This document shows, piece after piece, positions 1 to 9,431 of a stretch of DNA of 64,000 nt; the first letter of the stretch is position 1, and each line of letters begins with the position of its first letter. Origin of the DNA: Clostridia bacterium (GTDB lineage: Bacteria; Bacillota; Clostridia; UMGS1883; UMGS1540); NCBI GenBank assembly GCA_045590195.1, contig JAZNQN010000021.1, positions 1,352-65,351 of the forward strand. The letters run 5' to 3'. Both the position numbers and the translations under genes were made by a program. The notes below the pieces were generated by a model. It saw only the letters and a list, made by a program, of their open reading frames with translations, searched no databases and was not told the DNA's origin.

Positions 1-923
1 ACCTTAATAATTTCAAGGTCATGGCGTTTTCCAACTTCAAAGTCGTTAGGGTCATGAGCAGGTGTAATTTTTACGCAGCCTGTTCCAAATTCTTTATCAA
101 CATATTCATCGGCAATAACAGGAATTTCTCTGTCTGTAAGTGGCAAGAGAAGTGTTTTACCAAGAATATCTTTGTAACGCTCATCTTCAGGATTTACCGC
201 AACAGCAGTATCGCCAAAAAGGGTTTCAGGTCTTGTTGTAGCAATTACAACAAAATCTTCTGTGCCCTTAATCTGATATTTAATATGCCAGAAATGGCCT
301 GCCTGCTCTGCGTGTTCAACCTCTTCGTTTGAAAGAGCTGTAATACAGTTAGGGCACCAGTTGATAATTCTTGGTCCTCTGTAAATTAAGCCTTTTTCAT
401 AAAGGTTAACAAAAACTTCTCTAACCGCTTTTGAGCAGCCTTCGTCCATAGTAAAGCGTTCGCGGCTCCAGTCGCAGGAAGTACCAAGCTTTTTAAGCTG
501 ACTTATAATTCTGCTTCCGTATTTATTCTTCCAGTCCCAAACTCTTTCTAAAAACTTTTCTCTTCCAAGGTCATAACGGGTTAAGCCCTCTTCTTTTCGG
601 TGCGCCTCCTCAACCTTAATCTGTGTTGCAATACCCGCGTGGTCAGTACCGGGAACCCACAAAGCCTCAAAGCCCTGCATTCTCTTAAAACGAATAAGAA
701 TATCCTGCAAGGTTTCGTCAAATGCGTGGCCCATATGAAGCTGACCTGTTACATTTGGTGGCGGAATAACTATAGAATATGGGGGTTTTTTGCTTTTTGC
801 ATCAGCCTTAAAATATTCCCCTTCAATCCATTTATTATAAAGCCTGTCCTCAACTTTTTGAGGATCGTAAGTTTTTTCAATAATTTTACTCAAATCAAAA
901 CACCTTCCACTTAGTTTAGTCAT
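1..923 (-). CDS. valS: Valyl-tRNA synthetase, N-terminal part (gene continues beyond the left window edge)
   Basis: Minus-strand translation from ATG at 921-923 gives [38 protein letters not shown]...[48 protein letters not shown], the class I HIGH-motif region typical of ValRS. Open to the window edge. Plus-strand ORFs 21-332 and 600-914 are antisense artefacts. Confidence 0.9.
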   Translation of the reverse strand, partial: MTKLSGRCFDLSKIIEKTYDPQKVEDRLYNKWIEGEYFKADAKSKKPPYSIVIPPPNVTGQLHMGHAFDETLQDILIRFKRMQGFEALWVPGTDHAGIATQIKVEEAHRKEEGLTRYDLGREKFLERVWDWKNKYGSRIISQLKKLGTSCDWSRERFTMDEGCSKAVREVFVNLYEKGLIYRGPRIINWCPNCITALSNEEVEHAEQAGHFWHIKYQIKGTEDFVVIATTRPETLFGDTAVAVNPEDERYKDILGKTLLLPLTDREIPVIADEYVDKEFGTGCVKITPAHDPNDFEVGKRHDLEIIK

Positions 924-1034
924 AAGTATACTATCTTAAATATAATATCATAAAAAACCGCTTGTGTCAATTATTAAAGAAATTTCCTATAACTTTATTT
1001 TCTGTGGAATAATTTTTTTGTTGAGATTACGCAT

Positions 1035-1075
1035 AAAAAATGACCCCAACTCGCAAAAGTTGAGGTCTTTATAAT
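1035..1075 (-). terminator. Rho-independent terminator for the 1080-1802 gene
   Basis: Hairpin gaccccaact-cgcaaa-agttgaggtc (1042-1067). On the minus strand it is followed by a T-run (plus-strand aaaaaa at 1035-1040). Confidence 0.6.
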
Positions 1076-1079
1076 TATA

Positions 1080-1802
1080 TCAATCTATTTCTACTGTCTT
1101 TTTTACAACACTGCCTTTGTTGAACAATTTAAAATCTTCAACAAGATAGGTTCCTTTGTTGTTATGGTCAAATATAATATATTTCACATTTTCTTCACTA
1201 TCAAAATAGGTAATCACTATATAGTGCTTTTTTAATTTAATATCCTTTGCTGTAGTTCTACCACCTATAGCCGCACCTACCACACCAAAAGCCATTGCAC
1301 CAGCCAAAGCACCGCCAGCACTTGATACGGCTTGTGTATGTTTGGTTATGTTTTTTTCAATAGTAATTGAACTTATTTTTTCTTTTTTTAGTTCAAAAGT
1401 GGTTCCTTGCCCGTCAATGATGATTTTATCAGAAGTAGAAACAACTTTACATACTGCCCCTTGCATAAGTGGTAATCCCGAAACAAATGTAAGTTTATAT
1501 TTAATTTTTCTATACATTTTTTCTTTATTTTTTAATGCTGTTTCTCTATTTTGTAAAACTTTTTCTTTATAAGTTAACTTTTTTTGAGGTGCAACATTAT
1601 CTTGTGTTTCATTTTTTGTTTCTGGAACATATTTTTTCCGTGTCTTTATTATATTTATTATGCTTATAGCAAATAAGCCCAAACCTATAAATATCATTAA
1701 AATTGATTTTTCCGCAATTCCACCGCCTAATAATATAGCACCTATTATCATTGAAAATGCAGATAAAATTGCACAACCTAAAATGCTTAACCCTTTTTTC
1801 AT
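1080..1802 (-). CDS. Hypothetical membrane protein (N-terminal TM helices, C-terminal Gly/Ala-rich segment)
   Basis: 240-aa ORF. RBS agggag 7 nt upstream of ATG. Two hydrophobic helices at the N-terminus. No family recognised. Confidence 0.6.
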   Translation of the reverse strand: MKKGLSILGCAILSAFSMIIGAILLGGGIAEKSILMIFIGLGLFAISIINIIKTRKKYVPETKNETQDNVAPQKKLTYKEKVLQNRETALKNKEKMYRKIKYKLTFVSGLPLMQGAVCKVVSTSDKIIIDGQGTTFELKKEKISSITIEKNITKHTQAVSSAGGALAGAMAFGVVGAAIGGRTTAKDIKLKKHYIVITYFDSEENVKYIIFDHNNKGTYLVEDFKLFNKGSVVKKTVEID

Positions 1803-1855
1803 TCTAAACTCCCTAAAACATTTAACTGCATAACTTTTATAATATTATAAGTATA

Positions 1856-1883
1856 TTTTACCATATTTTACACACGAAGTCAA
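1856..1883 (-). promoter_or_regulatory. Sigma-A-like promoter for the 1080-1802 gene
   Basis: Minus strand reads TTGACT - 17 nt - TAAAAT about 50 nt upstream of the start codon. Confidence 0.45.
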
Positions 1884-2104
1884 CAATTTTGCCAATTTTC
1901 GGCATAGTGCCCTGTTGTGGTTATCTCCTTCTTGTGGATATCCCCGAGGAAGTGAAATCTTCCGCTTTTTCCGACACAAAAAGCTTATAAAAAAGACTCC
2001 CTTGTGTAAAGAGAGCCTTTTTCTCGTAGATTATATTATCAATTCTAATTTTTTAGTCAAAATAATTATATCTCAATCTTATTTTTTAAATACAGAAAAC
2101 TGAG

Positions 2105-3439
2105 TTATAGAATAGATTTTCCTATGAGATTTATAAAATCATCATTGTTTTTTGTTGCCACAAGTTTATTAATAATTGTTTCGGTAACATCGGCAATATT
2201 TTGCGATGAAAAGGCTTTTCTTATATTCCACATTGCCTCAAGCTCTTCGGGGTTTAAAAGCAAATCTTCTTTTCTTGTTCCCGATTTATAAATATCAACT
2301 GCAGGGAAAATTCGCTTTTCGCTCATTTTTCTGTCAAGATGAATTTCCATATTGCCTGTGCCCTTAAATTCTTCAAAAATCATATCGTCCATTCGTGAGC
2401 CTGTTTCAATTAAGGCAGTTGCTAAAACTGTTAAAGAACCGCCGTTTTCAATATTTCGTGCTGCGCCGAAAAAGCGCTTTGGTTTATGAAGTGCTCCGGG
2501 GTCAAGTCCGCCTGAAAGCGTTCTTCCCGTTGGCGGAATTACAAGGTTATAAGCCCTTGCAAGCCTCGTAATGGAATCGAGTAAAATTACAACATCCCTT
2601 CCGTGTTCAACAAGGCGCTGTGCCCTCTCAAGTACAATTTCTGCAACTTTAATGTGGTGTTCCGGTGGCTCGTCGAAGGTTGAATAAATAACCTCTCCAT
2701 CAATTGAGCGCTGCATATCAGTTACCTCTTCAGGGCGCTCGTCAATAAGCAGCACAATCAGCTTTATGTTTTTATCAGAAGCTGTAATGCTTTTTGCAAT
2801 ATTTTTAAGTACAGTTGTTTTACCTGCCTTTGGCGGCGCAACAATAAGCCCTCTCTGGCCGTAGCCTATTGGGGCAATAAGGTCAATAAGTCTTGTAGAA
2901 AAATCCATTCTGCCTGATGCTAGCTTAATTCTCCTGTCAGGATAAATAGGCGTTAAAGTATCAAAAGGTTTTCGATTTATCGCCTTATCAAGCGAGTCGC
3001 CATTTACTGTGTCAACATAAATAAGGGCAGGAAAGCGCTCATCTTTTTTAAAGCGTGCCTTTCCCCAAACCTCGTCGCCGGTTTTTAAATTAAATCTTCT
3101 AATCTGAGTTGGTGATACGTAAATATCTTCGGCAGTACTTAAATAATTATCGCCACGCAAAAAGCCAAACCCGTCAGAAAGAACTTCGAGTATGCCTGAA
3201 ACCTGGCTAACGCCTTCTTTGCGAGGCGGCCCAATTTCGGGCATTTCCTTCTCCTGTTGCGACTCTTCCATTTTTGGCAAAAGCTTTTGTTTTTCCTCTT
3301 CTTCAAGGCGTTTTTTCTCGTCGTTTATTCTTTTAATTTCATCGGCAAGTTCGCTTTTTTTCATTTTGTACGCACTTTTAATATCAAGCTCCTTTGCAAT
3401 TTCACGAAGCTCAATAAGCGACATTTCGTTATAATTCAT
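2105..3439 (-). CDS. rho: Transcription termination factor Rho
   Basis: 444 aa. Rho N-terminal HeH domain ([33 protein letters not shown]) with an Asn/Glu/Lys-rich insertion, cold-shock-like RNA-binding region (FGFLR), Walker [17 protein letters not shown], and a C-terminal ATPase core. Confidence 0.95.
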   Translation of the reverse strand: MNYNEMSLIELREIAKELDIKSAYKMKKSELADEIKRINDEKKRLEEEEKQKLLPKMEESQQEKEMPEIGPPRKEGVSQVSGILEVLSDGFGFLRGDNYLSTAEDIYVSPTQIRRFNLKTGDEVWGKARFKKDERFPALIYVDTVNGDSLDKAINRKPFDTLTPIYPDRRIKLASGRMDFSTRLIDLIAPIGYGQRGLIVAPPKAGKTTVLKNIAKSITASDKNIKLIVLLIDERPEEVTDMQRSIDGEVIYSTFDEPPEHHIKVAEIVLERAQRLVEHGRDVVILLDSITRLARAYNLVIPPTGRTLSGGLDPGALHKPKRFFGAARNIENGGSLTVLATALIETGSRMDDMIFEEFKGTGNMEIHLDRKMSEKRIFPAVDIYKSGTRKEDLLLNPEELEAMWNIRKAFSSQNIADVTETIINKLVATKNNDDFINLIGKSIL

Positions 3440-3510
3440 TTAATCACTCCATATAAGAAAAATAAGATTTAAAAATCGGAAAATATCATTTGTAGAAAAT
3501 ATTGGGCGAC

Positions 3511-4155
3511 TTATAAAAAGTCGCCATCGAAATCAATTGAGCGCAAGATTTCTCTTGCAATAAGATGGGAAGCCACAGGGCCGGGATGAACACGGTCCCA
3601 AGCTAAAAACGAAGAATGTTTATATTTAAGATATTCATCAAAAGCGGCTTGCAAATCAACGAATTTAAGACTATATTTTTCGGCTAATTTTCGAACCACT
3701 TCGCCGTAGCGGTCCATTTCAGCGCGAACTGCATCAGCTTTATTAGGTTCCATATAATATGGCGAAATAAGGGTTAAAGATTTAAGTTTATCTTTTGAAG
3801 AAGTTATTAAATCTTCATAAACCTTTTCAAAAGTTTCAATATCGTGCCACTTTCTCTCCGGCGCGCCATACAGATGCCACACGTCGTTGATGCCAATACA
3901 TATAAAAAGATGGTCAGGCTCAAGTTCCATTATTTCGTTCCATCTGTCTTTTAAATTAAGAATATTATTTCCGCTTACACCCATATTGCAAACCCTGAAA
4001 GATTTATCGGGATAAGCTACTGACAAAATGGCATCGAAAGCGCTGACATATCCTGTTCCAAGCCCGCCAAAGCGTTGACCCTGAAAACCTTGCCTGCCGG
4101 CATCAGTAACAGAATCGCCGGCGAAAACAATGGTATCTTTATTTTCAAAAAGCAT
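3511..4155 (-). CDS. SGNH/GDSL-family hydrolase (lipase/acylhydrolase-like)
   Basis: 214 aa. N-terminal block IVFAGDSVTDAG (GDS catalytic Ser motif). RBS gagaggtg. Hairpin terminator downstream at 3513-3545. Confidence 0.75.
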   Translation of the reverse strand: MLFENKDTIVFAGDSVTDAGRQGFQGQRFGGLGTGYVSAFDAILSVAYPDKSFRVCNMGVSGNNILNLKDRWNEIMELEPDHLFICIGINDVWHLYGAPERKWHDIETFEKVYEDLITSSKDKLKSLTLISPYYMEPNKADAVRAEMDRYGEVVRKLAEKYSLKFVDLQAAFDEYLKYKHSSFLAWDRVHPGPVASHLIAREILRSIDFDGDFL

Positions 4156-4389
4156 AATATCACCTCTCTGTTAATATAGCTAGATTATATCAAAGCAAGC
4201 AGTATGTGTCAAGGAGAAAAAGCAATTTAAAAATAAAACAGACATAATTTGGGGGCTCTTGAAAAAAACAACCTCTCAGCCTTTTAAAAGCAAGTCAGCT
4301 CCTCTTATACAGTGGAGCCAAAAGCATATTTTACTACATAGTCAAATTTAAAAGCAACTTAACACTGCTACACAAAACTTTGCAAACGC

Positions 4390-4420
4390 AAAAAGAGCGA
4401 AGCTTTCGCTTCGCCCTTTT
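4390..4420 (-). terminator. Rho-independent terminator of the 4438-6765 gene
   Basis: Hairpin gcgaagc-tttc-gcttcgc (4397-4416) followed on the minus strand by UCUUUUU. Confidence 0.6.
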
Positions 4421-4437
4421 AATTTCCGAAAGGATTA

Positions 4438-6765
4438 TTATTTTGCTGTGATAGAAACAGTTCTTACTGAATTATGCCATTCAACGTTCATGTTGATAGC
4501 TTCAGCCATGTCTCTAAGACCGAGGAATGTTCTGTCGCTTGTGATAAATGGAGCGATGTTAAGTTCAACTTCCTGACCATCAATTTTAGCAATTTTGCTA
4601 TCAATTGAAAGTTCAACAATTCTGCCTTCGAAACGGAGAACAACTGAACGTGTAGCTTCGATCCATTCAACTTTTGCACCGAGGAGTTCGCAGATAGCTC
4701 TTACAGGAAGAACTGTACGATCTTCAACGATGTATGGAGCAACGTCAGCTTCGTAAGCTTCGCCATAAGCGTTGATTGTTTTATCATCAATTACGAGTGA
4801 AATACAATCTTTAGCTGCTGGAACAGGAGCTTCAACAGGAGTTGTAGGCTCTGGTGTTGTTGTAGGTTCAGTAGTTGGTTCTGTTGAAGGAGCAGGTGTA
4901 GTTGTTGGAGCAGATGAACCGCCGCCACCAAGCATAGGACCTGTGATTCCGCCGCCACCTGTTGAAGCTTTTGGTTTGTCACCAAGTGTAAGGTCGGCTG
5001 AATCAGCGCCAACGAGCTGTGCTACATATGTGTAACCTTCTGGGTTACCAGGTGTAACTTTTACATAAAGGGCTGTATCTACCAAGCTTGCATCTGTAAC
5101 TGTAACTTTGTTACCATTTACTGTGTAAGCAGCACCATCTACAGCGCTATCGTCTGCAGCTTTGTAAAGAGCGATTGTGCAGTTAGGAGCAAATCCGTTG
5201 ATATCAACATATTTGTAGTTAACTGTGAATTCTTTTTCAAGGTAGATAGCACCACCAAGAACAACAACTTCAGAAACTACAGGAGCTGTGTTAAGGTCAG
5301 GTTCAACTGTGAATGAGAGAACTTCAACCGCACCAGCTAAGAGTTCGTCTTCTTCGTAACCGAGGATTTCGTTAGGTGTGTTATCGTTTGACCAAGGAGC
5401 GAAGTAAACATCAACTGTTTCGCCGATCCATTTTTTGTCAATAACAAGGCTTGTGCCTTCAGCAATTTTTTCTTCGCCGATGTACCATTCAACAATAACG
5501 CCACCATCGAGGTCTTCAGGTGTGTTTGCAGCGTCAGCTACGTCTGTGAATGTGTAAGAAGCTTCAACTGTTGCACCAACAATAGCTTTATCGGCAGCAA
5601 CGTTTGAAAGAGCCATATTTGAAACTACAGGAGGCATGTTACCTGCAACGATTGCATTTGTGAATGTAATTGTTGCTGTATCTGTAAGTTCGTTACGGTC
5701 ATTTGTAACTGTAACGTCACATGTGAGCATTTCGTCACCATCAACATAGTCTTCTGTAGCGATTGTGTAAGAAGCAGCTGTGCCAACTTCTACGCCATCA
5801 ACTTTCCAGCTGTATGTGATTGTGTTTGTGCCACCAACTTTAGCATCAATTGTAGCTGATGCATTAGCAGCGATTGCTGTACCAACTGCAACTGTGTCGT
5901 CTCTTGTTTCAGCAACTGTAAGAACAGGAGCGATGTCAGGAACGTCTACAGCAGCTGTAGCAGCAGATGTAACTTCTTTTGTGTTTGTAGCATCATCATC
6001 AGAAGCAACTGTAGCTGTAACTTTAACAGAAATAGCTTTTTCAAAGTCATCAGCTTTTACTTCATATGTTTCGCCTGTAGCACCAGCAATAGCAGCGCCA
6101 TTAGCGAGCCACTGGTATGCATATTCAGGTGTGAGACCCCAGTTATCCTGGAAGTTTGAAACTGTAGCTGTGAGTGTATCACCGCTTACAGGAGCGTTGT
6201 TGTTGATAGCTACTTCAAATGTAGGAGCTGTGTGAGGTGGTACGATTTCAACAACTGCATCTGTAAATGACTGACTAGTTTCAGGAATTTCCATAAAGTC
6301 ATCAGCAGTAGTTGACTGATACAAATAAGCAAGATCAAGGTTTGCAGTTGCAGAATCACCATTAATTTCGCTTGCAACTGTAAAGTTGAATGTAAATATT
6401 ACACCATCAAATGTGCCAAACTGGTCGAATGCTGTAACATTCAAAGTGCCAGCTGCTGCATCATTAACAACATTAAATGAGTTCATAGGTCTTGTTGAAA
6501 GTTCTGCAGTATTTTCAAAATCAACATATGTGAGTAAATCTTTATCATATGTTATGATACAGCCAAATGCTGTAATATCTTCGTTAGAAGTTACCTTCCA
6601 AGGTACTGCAATTGAAGAACCAGTTTTTGCTGAAATTGTATTGTCAACAGCATCAATTGAGTAAGCAACTGTAGCACTAGCACTATCAGCGAAAGAAACA
6701 GTTGAAACCATTGTCAAAGCAACCATTACAGCAAGTAAAAGTGAAATAAGTTTTTTTGCTTTCAT
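4438..6765 (-). CDS. Secreted cell-surface protein: N-terminal cohesin-like domain, Ig-like repeats, Pro/Thr-rich linker, C-terminal copper-amine-oxidase-N-terminal-like domain
   Basis: 775 aa. Signal peptide MKAKKLISLLLAVMVALTMVSTVSFA. N-terminal domain GSSIAVPWKV...ITAFGCIITYDKDLLTYVD...GVIFTFNFTV follows the cohesin pattern. TTTPAPSTEPTTEPTTTPEPTTP linker. C-terminal VLPVRAICELLGAKVEWIEATRSVVL... resembles the Cu-amine-oxidase N-terminal-like wall-associated domain. Confidence 0.6.
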   Translation of the reverse strand: MKAKKLISLLLAVMVALTMVSTVSFADSASATVAYSIDAVDNTISAKTGSSIAVPWKVTSNEDITAFGCIITYDKDLLTYVDFENTAELSTRPMNSFNVVNDAAAGTLNVTAFDQFGTFDGVIFTFNFTVASEINGDSATANLDLAYLYQSTTADDFMEIPETSQSFTDAVVEIVPPHTAPTFEVAINNNAPVSGDTLTATVSNFQDNWGLTPEYAYQWLANGAAIAGATGETYEVKADDFEKAISVKVTATVASDDDATNTKEVTSAATAAVDVPDIAPVLTVAETRDDTVAVGTAIAANASATIDAKVGGTNTITYSWKVDGVEVGTAASYTIATEDYVDGDEMLTCDVTVTNDRNELTDTATITFTNAIVAGNMPPVVSNMALSNVAADKAIVGATVEASYTFTDVADAANTPEDLDGGVIVEWYIGEEKIAEGTSLVIDKKWIGETVDVYFAPWSNDNTPNEILGYEEDELLAGAVEVLSFTVEPDLNTAPVVSEVVVLGGAIYLEKEFTVNYKYVDINGFAPNCTIALYKAADDSAVDGAAYTVNGNKVTVTDASLVDTALYVKVTPGNPEGYTYVAQLVGADSADLTLGDKPKASTGGGGITGPMLGGGGSSAPTTTPAPSTEPTTEPTTTPEPTTPVEAPVPAAKDCISLVIDDKTINAYGEAYEADVAPYIVEDRTVLPVRAICELLGAKVEWIEATRSVVLRFEGRIVELSIDSKIAKIDGQEVELNIAPFITSDRTFLGLRDMAEAINMNVEWHNSVRTVSITAK

Positions 6766-6809
6766 GTTTTTTCTCCTTTAAATTTTTATTTATCTTAAAA
6801 CCAATAGTC

Positions 6810-8354
6810 TTATTCAGCGCTATTGATTGCAAGATTTGTATCGAGACCAGCAAGTACACGTTTAACTGCACCAAAGTCAACAGCATTAATTAAACCATCC
6901 ATTACGCCATTACCGATATCGGCAGCGAGGTAAAGTTTAATATTAGCTTCTGAATCAGGTTTATCAAGACCTGCAAGCATTCTCTTGATACCGCCGGCGT
7001 CAACCGCATTAAATGCAACAGCAGGATTTGAAGCAGCAGCAGCTTTACCATAGTACAATAACCCTGAACCTGTGCCAGGAACATATTCAATGTCATCTAC
7101 TGTAGTAGCAGCAGGTACAACACCAACGAAGTAATCGCGAGCAATTACATAGTATAATTTAGCTGTGCCAACAACGAGTGAATCAGCTGTATAGTCGATT
7201 TCAGCTGCATTATCAACAATAATAATCTTCGAGTCAGCTAAACCGTAAACATTGTTACCTACCAACTGAACATCTTCTTCTGCAATAGCTACGCCAGAAG
7301 AACTTACTGAAACTGATTTTTCTTCTTCGTATACAACTGCACCACCATAAGTGAGTGTTACTTTATAGTCGATTTTAATCGCATCCTGACCTTCTTCTGG
7401 TCTTGTTACAGTAACAACACCATCGCCATCAGGTGTATAACCTTCTGTTATAATAGTGTAAGAAATTGTAACGCCAGCTTCTTCAAAATCAGCAGGAACT
7501 GTAATTTTAGCTTTTGTTTCATCACCGTCTACATCCTCAGCTTTAAGGCCAACGATAGCAGCCTTAGCTTCTGCAACACGTGAAGCAACTGCAAATGTTA
7601 CTTTTGGAGAAGTAGCAGCATAGAATGTTGCGTTTTCTGTTTCAGCAATTGTGATAACAGCATCTGTATAAGAAGCAGCTGCAAAATCAGATGCAGGAAC
7701 CTTAAAGTGGTCAGCATTTGCAACCAATTCTGCACTTTCAAGAACTTCATCACCGATTTTAACTTCGAGAGTTTTAGCTTCCCAAAGAGCTTCAGCATCT
7801 GCATTTTCACCAAAATCGTAGGGAACTACAAGGAACTCATCCTCTATGTAGTATTTTTCTGCAACTGGTTCATTTGTAAAGTCAATTGCGGGAGCATCGA
7901 GTAATTCGATTGCATTTGCAACAACAGCTTCAGCGCCAGCGCCACCTAAAAATACGTTAATGTAGCAATCAGCAGCTGTCATAGCCAAATCGTCTTCTCT
8001 GTCTCTGAGTGGGAACTCGAACGAAATAGTATCACCATCAACAGTTGGCTGGTCGATATATTCAACCTGTTTTTCAAGTGGAGACATTGTAGCATCTGCT
8101 GCAACTTCATCAGAAGGAATATCTGAAAGTGCAGTATAAGCTTTATTGTCTCTTACAGCAATCAATGTATATTCGGTTAAACCGGAAACTGCTGCTGTTA
8201 CGGTAACAATTTTATCACCGTTTTCTGCTTTGTTGATTTCCACTTCTACATCACTGATAACAGCAGCATCAGCGGAAACAACAGCGGGCACCATTGACAA
8301 AAGCATTACAACTGCAACAACTGATGCAATGGATTTTAAGAACTTGCTTTTCAT
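6810..8354 (-). CDS. Secreted protein with C-terminal dockerin-like duplicated Ca-loop/helix segment
   Basis: The ORF track starts at 8423, but the RBS ggagaaaagg followed by ATG MKSKFLKS at 8352-8354 is the likely start. A signal peptide follows. C-terminus: NAVDAGGIKRMLAGL ... DIGNGVMDGLINAVDFGAVKRVLAGL, two similar segments resembling dockerin repeats. Confidence 0.5.
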   Translation of the reverse strand: MKSKFLKSIASVVAVVMLLSMVPAVVSADAAVISDVEVEINKAENGDKIVTVTAAVSGLTEYTLIAVRDNKAYTALSDIPSDEVAADATMSPLEKQVEYIDQPTVDGDTISFEFPLRDREDDLAMTAADCYINVFLGGAGAEAVVANAIELLDAPAIDFTNEPVAEKYYIEDEFLVVPYDFGENADAEALWEAKTLEVKIGDEVLESAELVANADHFKVPASDFAAASYTDAVITIAETENATFYAATSPKVTFAVASRVAEAKAAIVGLKAEDVDGDETKAKITVPADFEEAGVTISYTIITEGYTPDGDGVVTVTRPEEGQDAIKIDYKVTLTYGGAVVYEEEKSVSVSSSGVAIAEEDVQLVGNNVYGLADSKIIIVDNAAEIDYTADSLVVGTAKLYYVIARDYFVGVVPAATTVDDIEYVPGTGSGLLYYGKAAAASNPAVAFNAVDAGGIKRMLAGLDKPDSEANIKLYLAADIGNGVMDGLINAVDFGAVKRVLAGLDTNLAINSAE

Positions 8355-8574
8355 TTCCTTTTCTCCTTTCGAAAAATGAATGTTTATTATAGTTGTGACT
8401 TGCACAAATATAATCTTTACCATAGTAATTAAAATATTATCACTATGCTATTACATTATAAAACATTTTTTTGCTTTTTGCAATAGTTTTGTAACAAAAA
8501 AATAATTTTTTTTTTTGTAAATTTATTACAAAATAACGAAAATAACACAAAGCCTTTTATAGTGGGGTTTTCGC

Positions 8575-9354
8575 TTATTCGGCTTTTGGAATATCGCCAA
8601 CTCCGTCAAAAATATATGTGGGCCTATAAGGGGATTTATTAAGTGTATCTTTATCGGTAACACCGCTCATAACCAGCACTGTATCAAGGCCTGTTTCAAT
8701 TCCGGCGATTATATCGGTATCCATTCTGTCGCCAACCATTGCCGCCTCATCGCTATGGCAACCAAGCAGTTTAAGGCCTGTACGCATCATAAGGGGGTTT
8801 GGTTTTCCAACAAAATATGCATTTTTGCCCGTTGCAAGCTCAATTGGAGCAACCAGGGCACGGCAGGCGGGAATAATTCCGTTTTCAGAAGGGCCTGTCA
8901 TATCAGGGTTTGTTCCTATAAGTTTTGCACCGCGATTTACAAGCTCAACGGCTTTTAAAAGGCTTTCGTAATGATAGTTTGAGGTTTCGCCAACTATTAC
9001 ATAGTCGGGGTTTACATCGTTCATAGTAATTCCCGCATCATAAAGCGCATTTACAAGGCCCGGTGCGCCTATAACATAAGCGCTGCAGCCGGGCGCCTGG
9101 CTGGCTATAAACTTTGCAGTTGCCAGAGCGCTTGTATAAAAATGGTCCTCCGAAACATCAAGCCCCATTCGCTGAAGCTTTTGATGGAGCTCACGGGGAG
9201 AAAGCGAGCTTGAGTTTGTTAAAAACAAAAACTTTTTATTATTGGTATTGAGCCAGTTTAAAAATTCTGCTACGCCCGGAAGAAGTTTATTTCCGTGATA
9301 TATAACTCCGTCCATATCACATATAAAGCCTTTTTTTGAATGTAGTTTATTCAT
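8575..9354 (-). CDS. HAD-superfamily hydrolase, subfamily IIA (NagD-like sugar phosphatase)
   Basis: 259 aa. FICDMDGVIY (DxDG motif I), FLTNSS (motif II), GKPNP...VGDRMDTD (motifs III/IV). Confidence 0.8.
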   Translation of the reverse strand: MNKLHSKKGFICDMDGVIYHGNKLLPGVAEFLNWLNTNNKKFLFLTNSSSLSPRELHQKLQRMGLDVSEDHFYTSALATAKFIASQAPGCSAYVIGAPGLVNALYDAGITMNDVNPDYVIVGETSNYHYESLLKAVELVNRGAKLIGTNPDMTGPSENGIIPACRALVAPIELATGKNAYFVGKPNPLMMRTGLKLLGCHSDEAAMVGDRMDTDIIAGIETGLDTVLVMSGVTDKDTLNKSPYRPTYIFDGVGDIPKAE

Positions 9355-9431
9355 TTTATTTTCCTTTCATTATATATTACAATTCCTCAGTCACTTCGTG
9401 ACAGCTCCCTTTACACAAGGGAGCCTTGGGA

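Noticed and set aside
21-914. Plus-strand ORFs 21-332 and 600-914 from the six-frame track
   Set aside because: They lie antisense to a clear valS coding frame (HIGH-motif ValRS N-terminus on the minus strand). No RBS. Non-protein-like composition.
4772-5035. ORFs 4772-5035 (+) and 4791-5012 (-) with Gly/Val/Pro-rich or Leu/Gln-rich products
   Set aside because: These are alternative-frame readings of the Pro/Thr-rich linker of the cohesin-like surface protein gene. They are low-complexity artefacts.
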